NCBI RefSeq assembly: GCF_006345805.1
Contig: NC_042998.1
Coordinates: forward strand, 196,974,001 to 197,038,000
Origin: Octopus sinensis
Lineage: Eukaryota
DNA: 64,000 nucleotides
Reading direction: 5' to 3'
The position numbers and the translations under genes were made by a program. Below the pieces are notes generated by a model, which was not told the DNA's origin, ran no database searches, and saw only the letters and a program-made list of their open reading frames with translations. Shown piece by piece: positions 33,224 to 45,199 of the stretch. The number at the start of each line of letters is the position of its first letter. Position 1 is the stretch's first letter.

Positions 33224-34750
33224 ATGGCCAACACAGCTTTCGTAAAGGGTCACCGACGAACGTCGAGCGACATAGAATTCAAGGAGTTGATACGCAGAGA
33301 TGCCCAGTTAGCAATGCACAAGGAACTTACCAAATTGATACAAACTGCCCCTTCGGCCCAACAGCCCAAAGTGAAAAATGAACTTGACCGATTCCAGCTT
33401 TTGTTCGAAAGATACTTGCAAGAAGCGGGTACATCGCTAAACTGGGAAAAAATCAAAGTGTTACCTGACGATGCCATAAAAAACTACAACGAAATCCAGC
33501 GAACAGAACTGACGAATATGAAGAACATGTTGAACAAACTTGTGGTCCTTAAATTGAACGGAGGTCTTGGCACCAGTATGGGTTGCCAAGGTCCTAAAAG
33601 CGCCATCTCTGTCAGGAACGACCTTACCTTCCTTGACATGACAGTACAGCAAATTGAGTATTTGAATAAATCCTACGATGCCGACGTACCGTTGGTGCTC
33701 ATGAACTCGTTTAACACGGATGAGGATACAGAAAAGATTTTAGGCAAGTACAACCAGATCAAAGTACGTATTTACACTTTTAATCAAAGTAAATTCCCGA
33801 GAATTAACAGAGAATCTCTTTTGCCAATACCGAAATGCACGGCGACCGCTGGTAGCGACGGTGCACCAAGTTGGTATCCTCCAGGGCACGGTGATATTTA
33901 TGAGAGTTTTGCTGCCGCTGGTCTTCTAGAAGAGTTTATACAAGCAGGTCGAGAATATGTATTTGTGTCGAACATCGATAATTTGGGAGCTACTGTTGAC
34001 CTTCATATTCTGAACCATTTAATTAATCCTCCAATGGGAGGAATGGCACCTGAATTTGTTATGGAAGTTACCGATAAAACAAGAGCTGATGTCAAAGGCG
34101 GTACTTTAGTAGATTACGATGGTAAGCTAAGGTTACTGGAAATTGCCCAGGTACCTAAGGAACATGTCGACGAATTTAAAAGTGTGAGTAAATTTAAAAT
34201 CTTCAATACAAACAATTTATGGATTAAGCTGAATGCTTTGAAAAGAGTCATAGATGAACGAACATTACATATGGAGATTATTGTTAACCCTAAAACACTC
34301 GATAATGGAATTAATGTAATTCAGCTGGAAACTGCCTCAGGTGCAGCCATAAAAAGCTTTGAAGGGGCAATCGGCATTAATGTACCAAGAAAGCGGTTTC
34401 TTCCAGTGAAAACTACATCTGATTTACTTCTAGTGATGAGCAATTTATACAAAATGAGAACCGGGGCTTTAGAGATGAGTCCCCAACGCTCCTTCCCGTC
34501 AGTGCCGTTAGTTAAACTTGGTATCCAATTCCAAAAAGTGAAGGAATTCTTGCAGAGATTTGCCAGCATCCCAGATATGTTGGAACTAGATCACCTCACC
34601 GTGTCTGGTGATGTAACGTTTGGTAAATCTGTCAGTCTGAAAGGAACTGTTATAATTATAGCCAACCATGGTGACCGCATCGATATTCCGACAGGAGCTT
34701 GTCTTGAGAACAAGATCGTTTCAGGTAACTTAAGAATCTTGGATCATTGA
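33224..34750 (+). CDS. UGP2: UTP--glucose-1-phosphate uridylyltransferase (UDP-glucose pyrophosphorylase), 508 aa, single coding exon
   Basis: Uninterrupted ORF with aacATGG Kozak context at 33224 (the track's TTG start at 33191 is unlikely). Family motifs in order: KLNGGLGTSMGCQGPKS, LVLMNSFNT, WYPPGHGD, SNIDNLGA, KGG, LLEIAQV, FNTNN, QLETA, RFLPVK and C-terminal LENKIVSGNLRILDH. Confidence 0.97.
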   Translation: MANTAFVKGHRRTSSDIEFKELIRRDAQLAMHKELTKLIQTAPSAQQPKVKNELDRFQLLFERYLQEAGTSLNWEKIKVLPDDAIKNYNEIQRTELTNMKNMLNKLVVLKLNGGLGTSMGCQGPKSAISVRNDLTFLDMTVQQIEYLNKSYDADVPLVLMNSFNTDEDTEKILGKYNQIKVRIYTFNQSKFPRINRESLLPIPKCTATAGSDGAPSWYPPGHGDIYESFAAAGLLEEFIQAGREYVFVSNIDNLGATVDLHILNHLINPPMGGMAPEFVMEVTDKTRADVKGGTLVDYDGKLRLLEIAQVPKEHVDEFKSVSKFKIFNTNNLWIKLNALKRVIDERTLHMEIIVNPKTLDNGINVIQLETASGAAIKSFEGAIGINVPRKRFLPVKTTSDLLLVMSNLYKMRTGALEMSPQRSFPSVPLVKLGIQFQKVKEFLQRFASIPDMLELDHLTVSGDVTFGKSVSLKGTVIIIANHGDRIDIPTGACLENKIVSGNLRILDH

Positions 34751-36069
34751 ATCGAAACAGTAATGACGTATGCAGTAAATGATAACATAATTGTGTATCT
34801 TTCGATTTTGGTTTTAATGACCAGAAAAATCTATATATATATATATATATCTAGAGGCCAAAATATAACGAAAAAAAGACTCCTCTCCCGTATTATTTGT
34901 ACCCCGAACCTCTTATGAGGAAGAAAGAAACAAAAAACGAAAAGAAAAAAACAACCGACAATAAACAAAATACAATGATTATGTGGTCCATGCGATGAAG
35001 GAAAGAAATCTCCCCATGTAAGATCTGCTGACAGTTATATTCTGCTTCTATTTTTTTTTGTTTTTGATTTGATCGTATTTAGAATTAGTTGTTTTTTTTC
35101 TTTCTTTCTCTCTCCAGTAGAATGTGCAGGGGGGGTAAATTGTACTATTTCCCCTCTAGCCACTTTGTGATACTAGCTGCTGCTGTCCCACTCAAGCACA
35201 CACACTGTCAGAAGAAAAAAGCAACAACTATAAACTTCATCCTTTTTCACTCCACACTCACAAGACAAGCATGCAAACAAGCTGTTTGCTAAGCTAGCCT
35301 CTTCCTCTCTATAGCTATATTTATCTATCTATTTAATCTCTCTGCCTGTACACACACACATACACACATCTATTTATCTATCTATCTATCTGATGGAAGA
35401 GCAGTTTATGAAACCCAAACACACAGAGTTTAAACACTAACACAGAAACAAGCAAAAAGAAGAAAACTGCTGTTTAAAATACACACAAAAAACCTCGACG
35501 TCTCTTCTCTCAGAATAAACAACACGGATTATTTTCCGAACTGTTTAACATTTCAGAATCATTTTCAATTTTGTCGGTTTTAAAAACTCACTGTTAAATA
35601 AAATATTTGAAATTTTTAAATAGCTTGCCGAGTATCTTTTGTGTTTTGTCTCAATTAATAGATCGCCGCCATACTGGGCCACCACCTTCGAGAACCAACC
35701 CCAATTCTTATTTCTTTTAAGCCTTATTGGTACTTATTCTATCAATCTCTTTTGCCGAACCGCTAGATTACAGAGATATAAACACGCCAACATTGGTTGT
35801 CAAGTGGTGGTGGGGGGGATAAACAAACACAGACACACAAATATATGACAGGCTTCTTTGAGTTTCTATCTACCAAATCCAATCACAAAACTTTGGTTGG
35901 CTTGAGGCTATGTTAGAAGACATTTATTTGCCCAAGGTGCCACACGGGAACTGAACCCAGAACCATGTGGCTGGAAAGCAAGCCTCTTACCAACCAGCCA
36001 CTATATTGTGGGAAGCAATTTAGGCAGGGCTTCCGTCTAAATGTGGATCAGTCAGTTATGGGACCACAT

Positions 36070-36425
36070 ATATATTTCTTTACTGCCCACAAGGGGCTGA
36101 ATATAGAGGGGACAAACAAGGACAGACAAAGGGATTAAGTCGATTACATCGACCCCAGTGCGAAACTGGTACCTTATTTATCGACCCCGAAAGAATGAAA
36201 GGTAAAGTCGACCTCAGCGGAATTTGAACTCAGAACGTAGCGGCAGACAAAATACCTATTTCTTTATTACCCACAAGGGGCTAAACACAGAGGGGGACAA
36301 ACAAGGACCGACAAAGGGATTAAGTTGATTACATCGACCCCCGGTGCGAAACTGGTATCTTATTTATCGACCCCGAAAGGATGAAAGGTAAAGTCGACCT
36401 CAGCAGAATTTGAACTCAGAACGTC
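36070..36425 (-). mobile_element. SINE C dimer (5'-truncated)
   Basis: Junction aaatacctatttc at about 36250. Further truncated monomers lie at 36955-37142 and 54400-54560. Confidence 0.85.
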
Positions 36426-36850
36426 ATATATATATATAAATACATAACCATCATCATCATTATCATCATTCCAATCATTTGCATGAAATTTCTTTGAGGC
36501 AGATTTTCTACAGCTGGATGCCATTGCTGTCACTAACCCTCACCTGTTTTCAACTAAAACAATATTTGCCCCCACAGAAGATTAGAAACCAAGGACATCC
36601 ACTGACATGATGGAGACCTTCATTCACAAATACAACATGATACTAAGGCAAGGAGAGAGAGCAACATGTAGACACACAGACGAGTAGCTCTTGTTTTCTG
36701 TTGCTGCTGTCAGAGTTGAGTTATGTAAAGAGATAGGCTGCTTGTCTACTTCTTCGAATTGGTCAAATTCATGAAGATGCCTCCGATGAGAAGCAAAAGA
36801 GATGAGAAAATTAAGGTTGTTCATTCTTTTTTTGTATATGTGTGTATGTC

Positions 36851-36885
<35 letters not shown>

Positions 36886-37264
36886 CATACACACACATAT
36901 ATATTTGTATGTGTATATATGTATTTGTTTATGTATATTTGTATACATGTATGCGTAGTCGTATTTCGTCTGTCGTTATGTTCTGAGTTCAAATTCCGCC
37001 GAGGTCGACTTTGCCTTTCATCCTTTCGGGGTCGATAAATTAAGTACCAGTTACGCACTGGGGTCAATGTAATCGACTTAATCCATTTGTCTGTCCTTGT
37101 TTGTCCCCTCTGTGTTTAAACCCTTGTGGGTAGCAAAGAAATATATATTTATATATATATTTGCATATATGTATATGTGTATGTACATATTTGTATATAA
37201 GTATATATGTGTGTATATATTGTAAATAAGTATATATGTATGTATATATTGTATATAAGTATAT

Positions 37265-39185
37265 CATCATCATCATTTAACGTCCGCTTTCCATGCTAGC
37301 ATGGGTTGGATGGTTTTGACTGAGGGCTTGCGAGCCAGATGGCTGCACCAGGCTCCAATCTGATCTGGCAGAGTTTCTTCAGCTAGATGCCCTTCCTAAC
37401 GCCAACCACTCTGAGAGTGAAGTCGGTGCTTTTACATGCCACGAGGTCAGCCAGGCAGTACTGGCAACGACCTCGCTCGAATCTTTTACACATGTCACCG
37501 GCACAGATGCCAGTAAGGCGATGCTGGTAACGATCACGCTCGTTAATGGTGTCTTTTACGTGCCACCAGCACGGAGGGCAGATAGCTGCTCTGGAAATGA
37601 TCACGCTCAGATGGTGCTCTTAATACCCTACTAGCATGGGGCTCGGGTGCCAGTAAGGTGACGCTGGTAACGATCACACTCGAATGGTGCCTTTTATGTG
37701 CCACTTGCACGGAAGCCAGTTAGCCGCTCTGTCAATGATCACACTCGTATGGTGCTCTTTGCACCCCACTAGCACGGATGCCAGTCATCGAATTTGATTT
37801 TGACTTTGATTTGATTTCACTTGCCTCAACAGGTCTTCGCAAGCAGAGCTTAGTGTCCAAAGAAGGAAAAGGTATGCATAAGTGGGTTGGTTATGCCCCT
37901 GGCATAGTCCACGAGATAATGGTCTCATTTGGCTTGCTGTGTCTTCTCACACATGGCATATTTCCAAAAGTCTCGGTCACTAGTCATTTCCTTGGTGAGG
38001 CATAAAGTTTGAAGGTCGTGCTTCACCACTTCATCCCAGGTCTTCCTGGGCCTACCTCTTCCACAGGTTCCCTCAACCGCTAGGGTGTGGCACTTTTTCA
38101 CACCGCTATCCTTATCCATTCTCACCACATGGCCATACCAGTGCAGTCATCTCACTTGTACACCACATCTGATGCTTCTTAGGTCCAAGTTTTCTCTCAA
38201 GGCACTAACACTCTGTCGAGTATGCATTACACATCCATTGGAGCATACTGGCTTCATTCCTTGCGAGCTTATGCATGTCCTCAGCAGTCACAGCCCATGT
38301 TTCACTGCCATGTAACATGGCTGTTTGTACACATGCATTGTACAGTCTACCATTTACTCTGTGCGAGAGGCCCTTTGTCACCAGCAGAGGTAAGAGCTCT
38401 CTGAACTTTGCCCAAGCTATTCTTATTCTAGCAGCTACACTTTCAGCGCACCCTCCCTCCTTACTGACTTGGTCACCTAGGTAACGGAAGCTATCAACTA
38501 CTTTTAGTTTTTCTCCCTTTATGTGGCAGAAGTTGTTCTCTGCACATTTTCAGTGTTATTTATTGCTCCTGAGCATCTGTCACATACAAAAACCATCTTC
38601 CCAGTTAGCCTTCTTTTGATATTGCTGCACCTCTTATGTGTCCATAGCTTACACTGGGTACATCTTATAGAGTTTTTACCTAAGCCTCTACTCCAGATCG
38701 AGCAGGGCCATCAACCCGAAGGGATTTGTGGTTTGCCTGCCTTCCTACTTATTAAGACTTTGGTTTTAGCTAGGTTGACTCTAAGGCCCTTCGATTCTAA
38801 TCCTTGTTTCCACACCTGAAACTTCTTTAGTTCTGATAGTGACTCAGTAATTAGAGCAAGGTCATCAGCATAGAGGAGCTCTCAGGGTCAGCCTGTCTTG
38901 AATTCCTCCGGTATTGCCTGGAGGACTATGATAAATAGGAGGGGGCTGAGGACTGAACCTTGGTAGACCCCTACTTCTACCCTGAATTCTTCACTGTACT
39001 CATTGCCAACCCTCACCTTACTAACAGCATGCCTGTACATGGCTTGCACAGCTCTCACTAACCATTCATCTATCCCTAGTTTCCTCATTGACCACCAGAT
39101 AAGGGATCGGGGGACCCTGTCAAATGCTTTCTCCATATCAACAAAAGCCAGGTACAGGGGTTTATCTTTGGCTAGGTACCAGGTA
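37265..39185 (-). mobile_element. 5'-truncated RTE-clade LINE, same family
   Basis: EKAFDRVPRSLIWWSMRKLG, GVYQGSVLSPLLF, Cys-rich insert and CGRGRPRKTWDEVV, followed by the full 3' UTR and (GAT)n tail at about 37265. Confidence 0.92.
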
Positions 39186-39235
39186 CAGGGGCTTATCTTT
39201 GGCTAGGTAAATATATATATATATATTTGTATATA

Positions 39236-39266
<31 letters not shown>

Positions 39267-39589
39267 GTATATGTGTATATATATATATATATTTGTATAT
39301 GTGCATATATATAGATGTATATACATTTGCATATATATAGATGTATATACATTTGCATATATGTATATGTGTATGTACATATTTGTATATAAGTACATGT
39401 GTATGTATATATATTTGTATATATGTCTATGTACATATTTGTATATGTATATATTTGTATATATGTATATGTGCCTATATATATTTGTGTGTGTATATAT
39501 ATATATATTTGCTGTAGTTTCAGCTCAGAGCTGCGACTATTCTGATGCACTGCCGTTTTGCTACACTGTTATTACTGAGAGCCTCCTCC

Positions 39590-40090
39590 AGTATGTGGCA
39601 CTTGGAGCGAAGGTGAGACTGATATGCAATATTCTACATGTGGAAAATTCTAGAAGGGCTACTACCTAAATTTCGCATTGAGTGTTATACAAATGCCAGA
39701 ACTGGTCGCCATTGTATTGTACCAAAGGTACCCTCCACTCCATCTAAATTCAGGGCCAGGTATAGCAGTAGTCTAGGGATCACAGGGCCAAAGCGCTTCA
39801 ATGCCTTGTCACAAAAATTGAAAGATTTGCATTGGGTGGAGGGGGATGTCTTCAAAAGGGAACAGGACATCAACCGCTCCACAATACCGGATGAACCAAC
39901 AGCCCGACATGAGGTACGGACAAGGGCAGAGGAATCAAACTCCTTTATACACCAAATGTACCAACAGCTAGGAAGAAAGCGCATGCAGGAGTGGTAATGA
40001 GAAACATCCAGACTTAGGAAGTTAGAAAGGCCACGGTAGTGCTCCAGCATGTCCGCAGCCACATGGCTGAAAAAAGTAAAAGAATAAAAC
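39590..40090 (+). mobile_element. 3' fragment of the same CR1/L2-group LINE as 22880-24422
   Basis: MWKILEGLLP...TGRHCIVPKVP...GPKRFNAL...IPDEP; same tail. Confidence 0.85.
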
Positions 40091-40119
40091 AATATATATA
40101 TGCAAATGCATATGTATAT

Positions 40120-40523
40120 TACTCTTTACTCTTTTACTTGTTTCAGTAATTTGACTGCGGCCATGCTGGAGCACGGCCTTTAGTCGAGCAAATCGACCCC
40201 GGGACTTATTCTTTGTAAGCCCAGTACTTATTCTATCGGTCTCTTTTGCCAAACTGCTAAGTAACGGGGACGTAAACACACCAGCATCGGTTGTCAAGCA
40301 ATGCTAGGGAGACAAACACAGACACACAAACACATACATATACATATATATACATATGTACGACCGGCTTCTTTCAGTTTCCGTCTACCAAATCCACTCA
40401 CAAGGCTTTGGTCGGCCCGAGGCTATAGTAGAAGACACTTGCCCAAGGTGCCACGCAGTGGGACTGAACCCGGAACCATGCGGTTGGTAAACAAGCTACT
40501 TACCACACAGCTACTCCTGCGCT
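40120..40523 (-). mobile_element. SINE family B
   Basis: Full length. Confidence 0.9.
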
Positions 40524-40639
40524 ATATGTATTTGTATATGTATTTGTATATGTATATATGTTTTTGTATATATATATATATAGTCCAACCCATGCTAGCA
40601 TGGAGAACGGACGTTAAACGATGATGATATATGTATATA

Positions 40640-41050
40640 TATAAATTAAATTAGAGATAAAACCACTATTAGGCAAATCAAACTGAAAAACACAAACGTT
40701 TTTTTGGTGTCCTGTACCCATATATGCATGTATATATACATGTAGAGGTAGGTACGTACATATATGTATGTATATATGCATATGTTTTATTTATTAATTT
40801 ATATATATATATATATATAATAATAATAAATATTAGGGAATAAATCCAAATTTACAGGGAAAAATCAGATTTAGGATTGAATCCAATTTTATAGTAAAAT
40901 ATTATATTATATTAAATTAGAGACAAAACCACTATTATGCAAATCAAACAAAGAAAGACTTAAGCCAATACATAAATTATTTATATAAATTTAGAAATTT
41001 AACAATTATAAACCATAATAGTGGTTTTGTCTCTAATTTAATATAATATA
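40640..41050. mobile_element. Cluster of Penelope-like terminal fragments with a ~40-bp inverted repeat
   Basis: tattatattaaattagagacaaaaccactattatg (about 40905-40939) is inverted at about 41005-41040. A third direct partial copy lies at about 40645-40685. All are in (TA)n context. Confidence 0.4.
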
Positions 41051-41264
41051 TATATATATATATATAGGCATGTGTATATGTATATATGTACATATGTATA
41101 TACAAATTTGTATATATATATATATATATATATTTGTTATATGTAAATATGTTTGTATATGTGTATATATATGTATATAAATTTTTGTATTTTTGCATAT
41201 ATGTGTTGATACGTATATAAATATATATTTGTAAATGTATTACGTATATATATACACACACATA

Positions 41265-41717
41265 TCATCATCATCATCATCATCATCATCGTTTAACGTC
41301 CGCTTTCCATGCTAGCATGGGTTGGACGGTTCAACTGGGGTCTGGGAAGCCCGAAGGCTGCACCAGGCCAGTCAGATGTGGCAGTGTTTCTACAGCTGGA
41401 TGCCCTTCCTAACGCCAACCACTCCGAGAGTGTAGTGGGTGATTTTATGTGCCACCGACACAGGTGCCAGACGAGGCTGGCAGACGGCCACGCTCGGATG
41501 GTGTTTTTTATGTGCCACCGACACAGGTGCCAGACGAGGCTGGCAGACGGCCACGCTCGGATGGTGTTTTTTATGTGCCACCGACACAGGTGCCAGACGA
41601 GGCTGGCAGACAGCCACGCTCGGATGGTGTTTTTTATGTGCCACCGACACAGGTGCCAGACGAGGCTGGCAGACGGCCACGCTCGGATGGTGTTTTCTTA
41701 TGTGTCACCGACACAGA

Positions 41718-41720
<3 letters not shown>
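41265..41720 (-). mobile_element. RTE 3' UTR (family A) with four near-identical 63-bp units
   Basis: Units start at 41448, 41511, 41574 and about 41637; same subfamily as 5888-6450. Confidence 0.9.
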
Positions 41721-41758
<38 letters not shown>

Positions 41759-41989
41759 CACACATACATTAATGTGTCCAACTGATTAAAAATTTTATTT
41801 ATTTATTATGGAGCTGAGGATAGCCCTGCATTTAAATTTATGTTATGATTATATTGTTCAATTAAATGGAACTGCCTGAAACAGTCGAACTGCATCACCT
41901 CTTGATATCCTGTTGCATATTTTGATTTTATATGTATATCATCATCATCATCATCATATATGTTTATATATAAATGTATCATAATCATT

Positions 41990-42620
41990 GCCATTGTCAT
42001 TTAACGTCCGCTTTCCATGCTGGCATGGGTTGGATGGTTTGACTGAGGGCTGCCAGGTCAGAAGGCTGTGCCAGGCTTCAATCCGATCTGGCAAAGTTTC
42101 TACAGCTGGATGCCCTTCCTAACACCAACCACTCTGAGAGTGTAGTGGGTGATTTTTATGTATATATATATTTCATCATCATCATTGTTTAATGTCTGTT
42201 TTCCATACTAGCATGGGTTGGACGGTTCGACCAGGGTCTGGGAGGCCAGGAGGCTGCACCAGGTTCCAGCATGATCTGGCAGTGTTTCTACAGCTGGATG
42301 CCCTTCCTAACGCCAACCACTCCGTGAGTGTAGTGGGTGCTTTCTATGTGCCACTGGCAAAGGTACCAGGGAAGGCTGTCAACGGCCATGATCAGTTGAC
42401 GCTTTTTATGTGCCACTGACACGGAAGCCAGTCAAGGCGGTGCTGGCGTCGGCCACGTTTGGATGCTGCTTTTTACATGCCACTGGCACAGGTATCATAA
42501 CTACAATTTCCATTTGATTTTGTTGATGTTGATGTTGATGTACTTGACTCAATAAGTCTCCTCAAGCACAGCAGGTCATCCTACGATCCAAGGTAAGCAC
42601 AGCATACATACATACATACA
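41990..42620 (-). mobile_element. Two adjacent family A copies
   Basis: Tail motifs at about 42000 and about 42190. Confidence 0.8.
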
Positions 42621-43276
42621 TACATACATTTGTAGTAAAAAAAACAAAGCAAATGGCAGGGGAGATAACCCCAAACTGTTCAAATTTTTGGAATAGACTG
42701 GAATATGGGTTTGGCCTTTATCAGTAGAGTGACAGCTCTGGACGTACTTAATCTTATTAAACCACTTCACACTTCAACTAAGCAGTGTTTGTTACTGGAA
42801 ACCTTAGAATATGTCAAGAGGGGATACAAGATTTTTGTGAATGAATATGGAGTGATGCCTAGATATGGAGTAATTTTTGTGAATGAATGTGGAGTGATGC
42901 CTGTGCCCATATACAATTTATATAAGAATATATAAACTCACACTCAAACAGTGTGATAAATAAATACTTTCCATTCAACTGATTTTATGTTTAACTTATT
43001 CTTTATCAGTTTCATACAGATTTCTTACATTTACGATTCCTATTTCACTATCAAACTACATTTCCTTTCTCGCCACACGTACTGGCTATGTTGTCTGCAC
43101 CTTCTTTGGAAAAGGAAGCTTTTCATTATAAACAGACTGCTGTATTTTTCAAGCTTGATCCACTCACTTTGCGGCATTACTCAGGTTTCTTTGTAAAACG
43201 ATTTCTGCAGTAAATTTTCACATTAAAAAAAAAATTTACCTATTCTACTCTCATTCTTTCATGCAGGTATGGATAT

Positions 43277-43684
43277 ACTCTTTACTCTTTTACTCTTTTA
43301 CTTGTTTCAGTCATTTGACTGCGGCCATGCTGGAGCACTGCCTTTAGTCGAGCAAATCGACCCTGGGACTTATTCTTTGTAAGCCCAGTACTTATTCTAT
43401 CGGTCTCTTTTTGCCGAACCGCTAAGTGATGGGGATGTAAACACACCAGCATCGGTTGTCAAGCAATGCTAGGGGGACAAACACAGACACACACACACAT
43501 ATATATATATACATATTTACGACAGGCTTCTTTCAGTTTCCGTCTACCAAATCCACTGACAAGGCATTGGTCGGCCCAGGGCTATAGCAGAAGACACTTG
43601 CCCAAGATGCCACGCAGTGGGACTGAACCCGGAACCATGTGGTTGGTTAGCAAGCTACTTACCACACAGCCACTCCTGCGCCTA
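43277..43684 (-). mobile_element. SINE family B
   Basis: Full length. Confidence 0.9.
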
Positions 43685-44220
43685 TGTTAAGTTATGTTTC
43701 AGTGTGGTCCTTCTCATTCAAAATTTTTTCCGTATCAGTTTTTTCTTTACTTGAAATCATTCCAAATAAGGTAATGCTGAGAGGTAATGTTTGTTAAGTA
43801 TGCCTGTTTGGTTATTAGACCATTCATGGATGCACCTCTGAACTGAATGAAAGAAATCATAATGGCATTGTTTGATTTAGCACAATAGTGAACATGCTGA
43901 GTCATATGCCCTCACCATTGTCATTGTTTTCCATTGGGACAGTAGGTTGATTTGTAAAAACCGGCAGTAATTGAGTTTATTTTCCTTACCACATAACCGC
44001 TGACACGTGCTGTTTAGCAGGTGGAAAGGTTGAGCCTGAAGATATGACATAAAGAGAAATAGTATGTCTACCTGCTGTTTCGCTGGGTTGCACATACAGC
44101 ATTATCTGCACAAAAAAGTTGACGTGTGGCCTGTGCAAAAAAGATGAAAAGTGTAGTACCTGTTGCCTACCTCACAATTGGGGGTACTTAATGGAGAGCA
44201 TACTGTGAAGATTACGCTAA

Positions 44221-44600
44221 TAGGTGCAGGAGTGGCTGTGTGGTAAGTAGCTTGTTAACCAACCACATGGTTCCGGGTTCAGTCCCACTGCGTGGCATCT
44301 TGGGCAAGTGTCTTCTGCTATAGCCCCGGGCTGACCAATGCCTTGTGAATGGATTTGGTAGACGGAAACTGGAAGAAGCCTGTCGTATATATGTATGTGT
44401 TTGTGTGTCTGTGTTTGTCCCCCTAGCATTGCTTGACAACCGATGCTGGTGTGTTTACGTCCCCGTTACTTAGCGGTTCGGCAAAAGAGAACGATAGAAT
44501 AAGTACTGGTCTTACAAAGAATAAGTCCTGGGGTCGATTTGCTCGACTAAAGGCGGTGCTCCAGCATGGCCGCAGTCAAATGACTGAAACAAGTAAAAGA
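44221..44600 (+). mobile_element. SINE family B
   Basis: Full length. Confidence 0.9.
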
Positions 44601-45199
44601 AAAAAAAATATAAATAAAATAAAAAGAAATAAATAAGGTGATAAGGGTGTGGTTACCTGATGTTTTCCTGTTTGCTGTGTAGAGCAACATCTATACCGAG
44701 AAATCGATTTGTAGCCTATGTACAAAAGCTGAAAAAAGTGTAGTATCTGTTGCTTACCACACATTTAGGGACATTTAGTGGACAGCAGACGGTGAGGGTA
44801 ACACTAAAGAGATTATAATGTGCTCATTGAAATAAAAATGGTATGGGTACCTGATGTTTTGCTGTTTCCCACACACAGTTGAATTCACCATCCGTTCGTG
44901 GCCATTGCCAGCCTCGCCTGGCACCTGTGCAGGTGGCACATAAAAAGTACCCACTACACTCACGGAGTGGTTGGCGTTGGGAAGGGCATCCAGCCGTAGA
45001 AACATTGCCAGATCAGACTGGGCCTGATGCAGCCTTCTAGCTTCACAGACCCCAGTTGAACCGTCCAACCCATGCTAGCATGGAAAGCGGACGCTAAATG
45101 ACGATGATGATGTTGTCTGCCTTTACGAAATCAGTTTGGTGTATTGTCAGCCGCACCGGTTAGTGATGGATTTGTTCCAAAGGAAGGATGGGACTTCTA

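Noticed and set aside
43171-43207. 37-nt minus-strand exon candidate (ctgcag|...|GTGAGT)
   Set aside because: A single short candidate with no supporting neighbours or homology.
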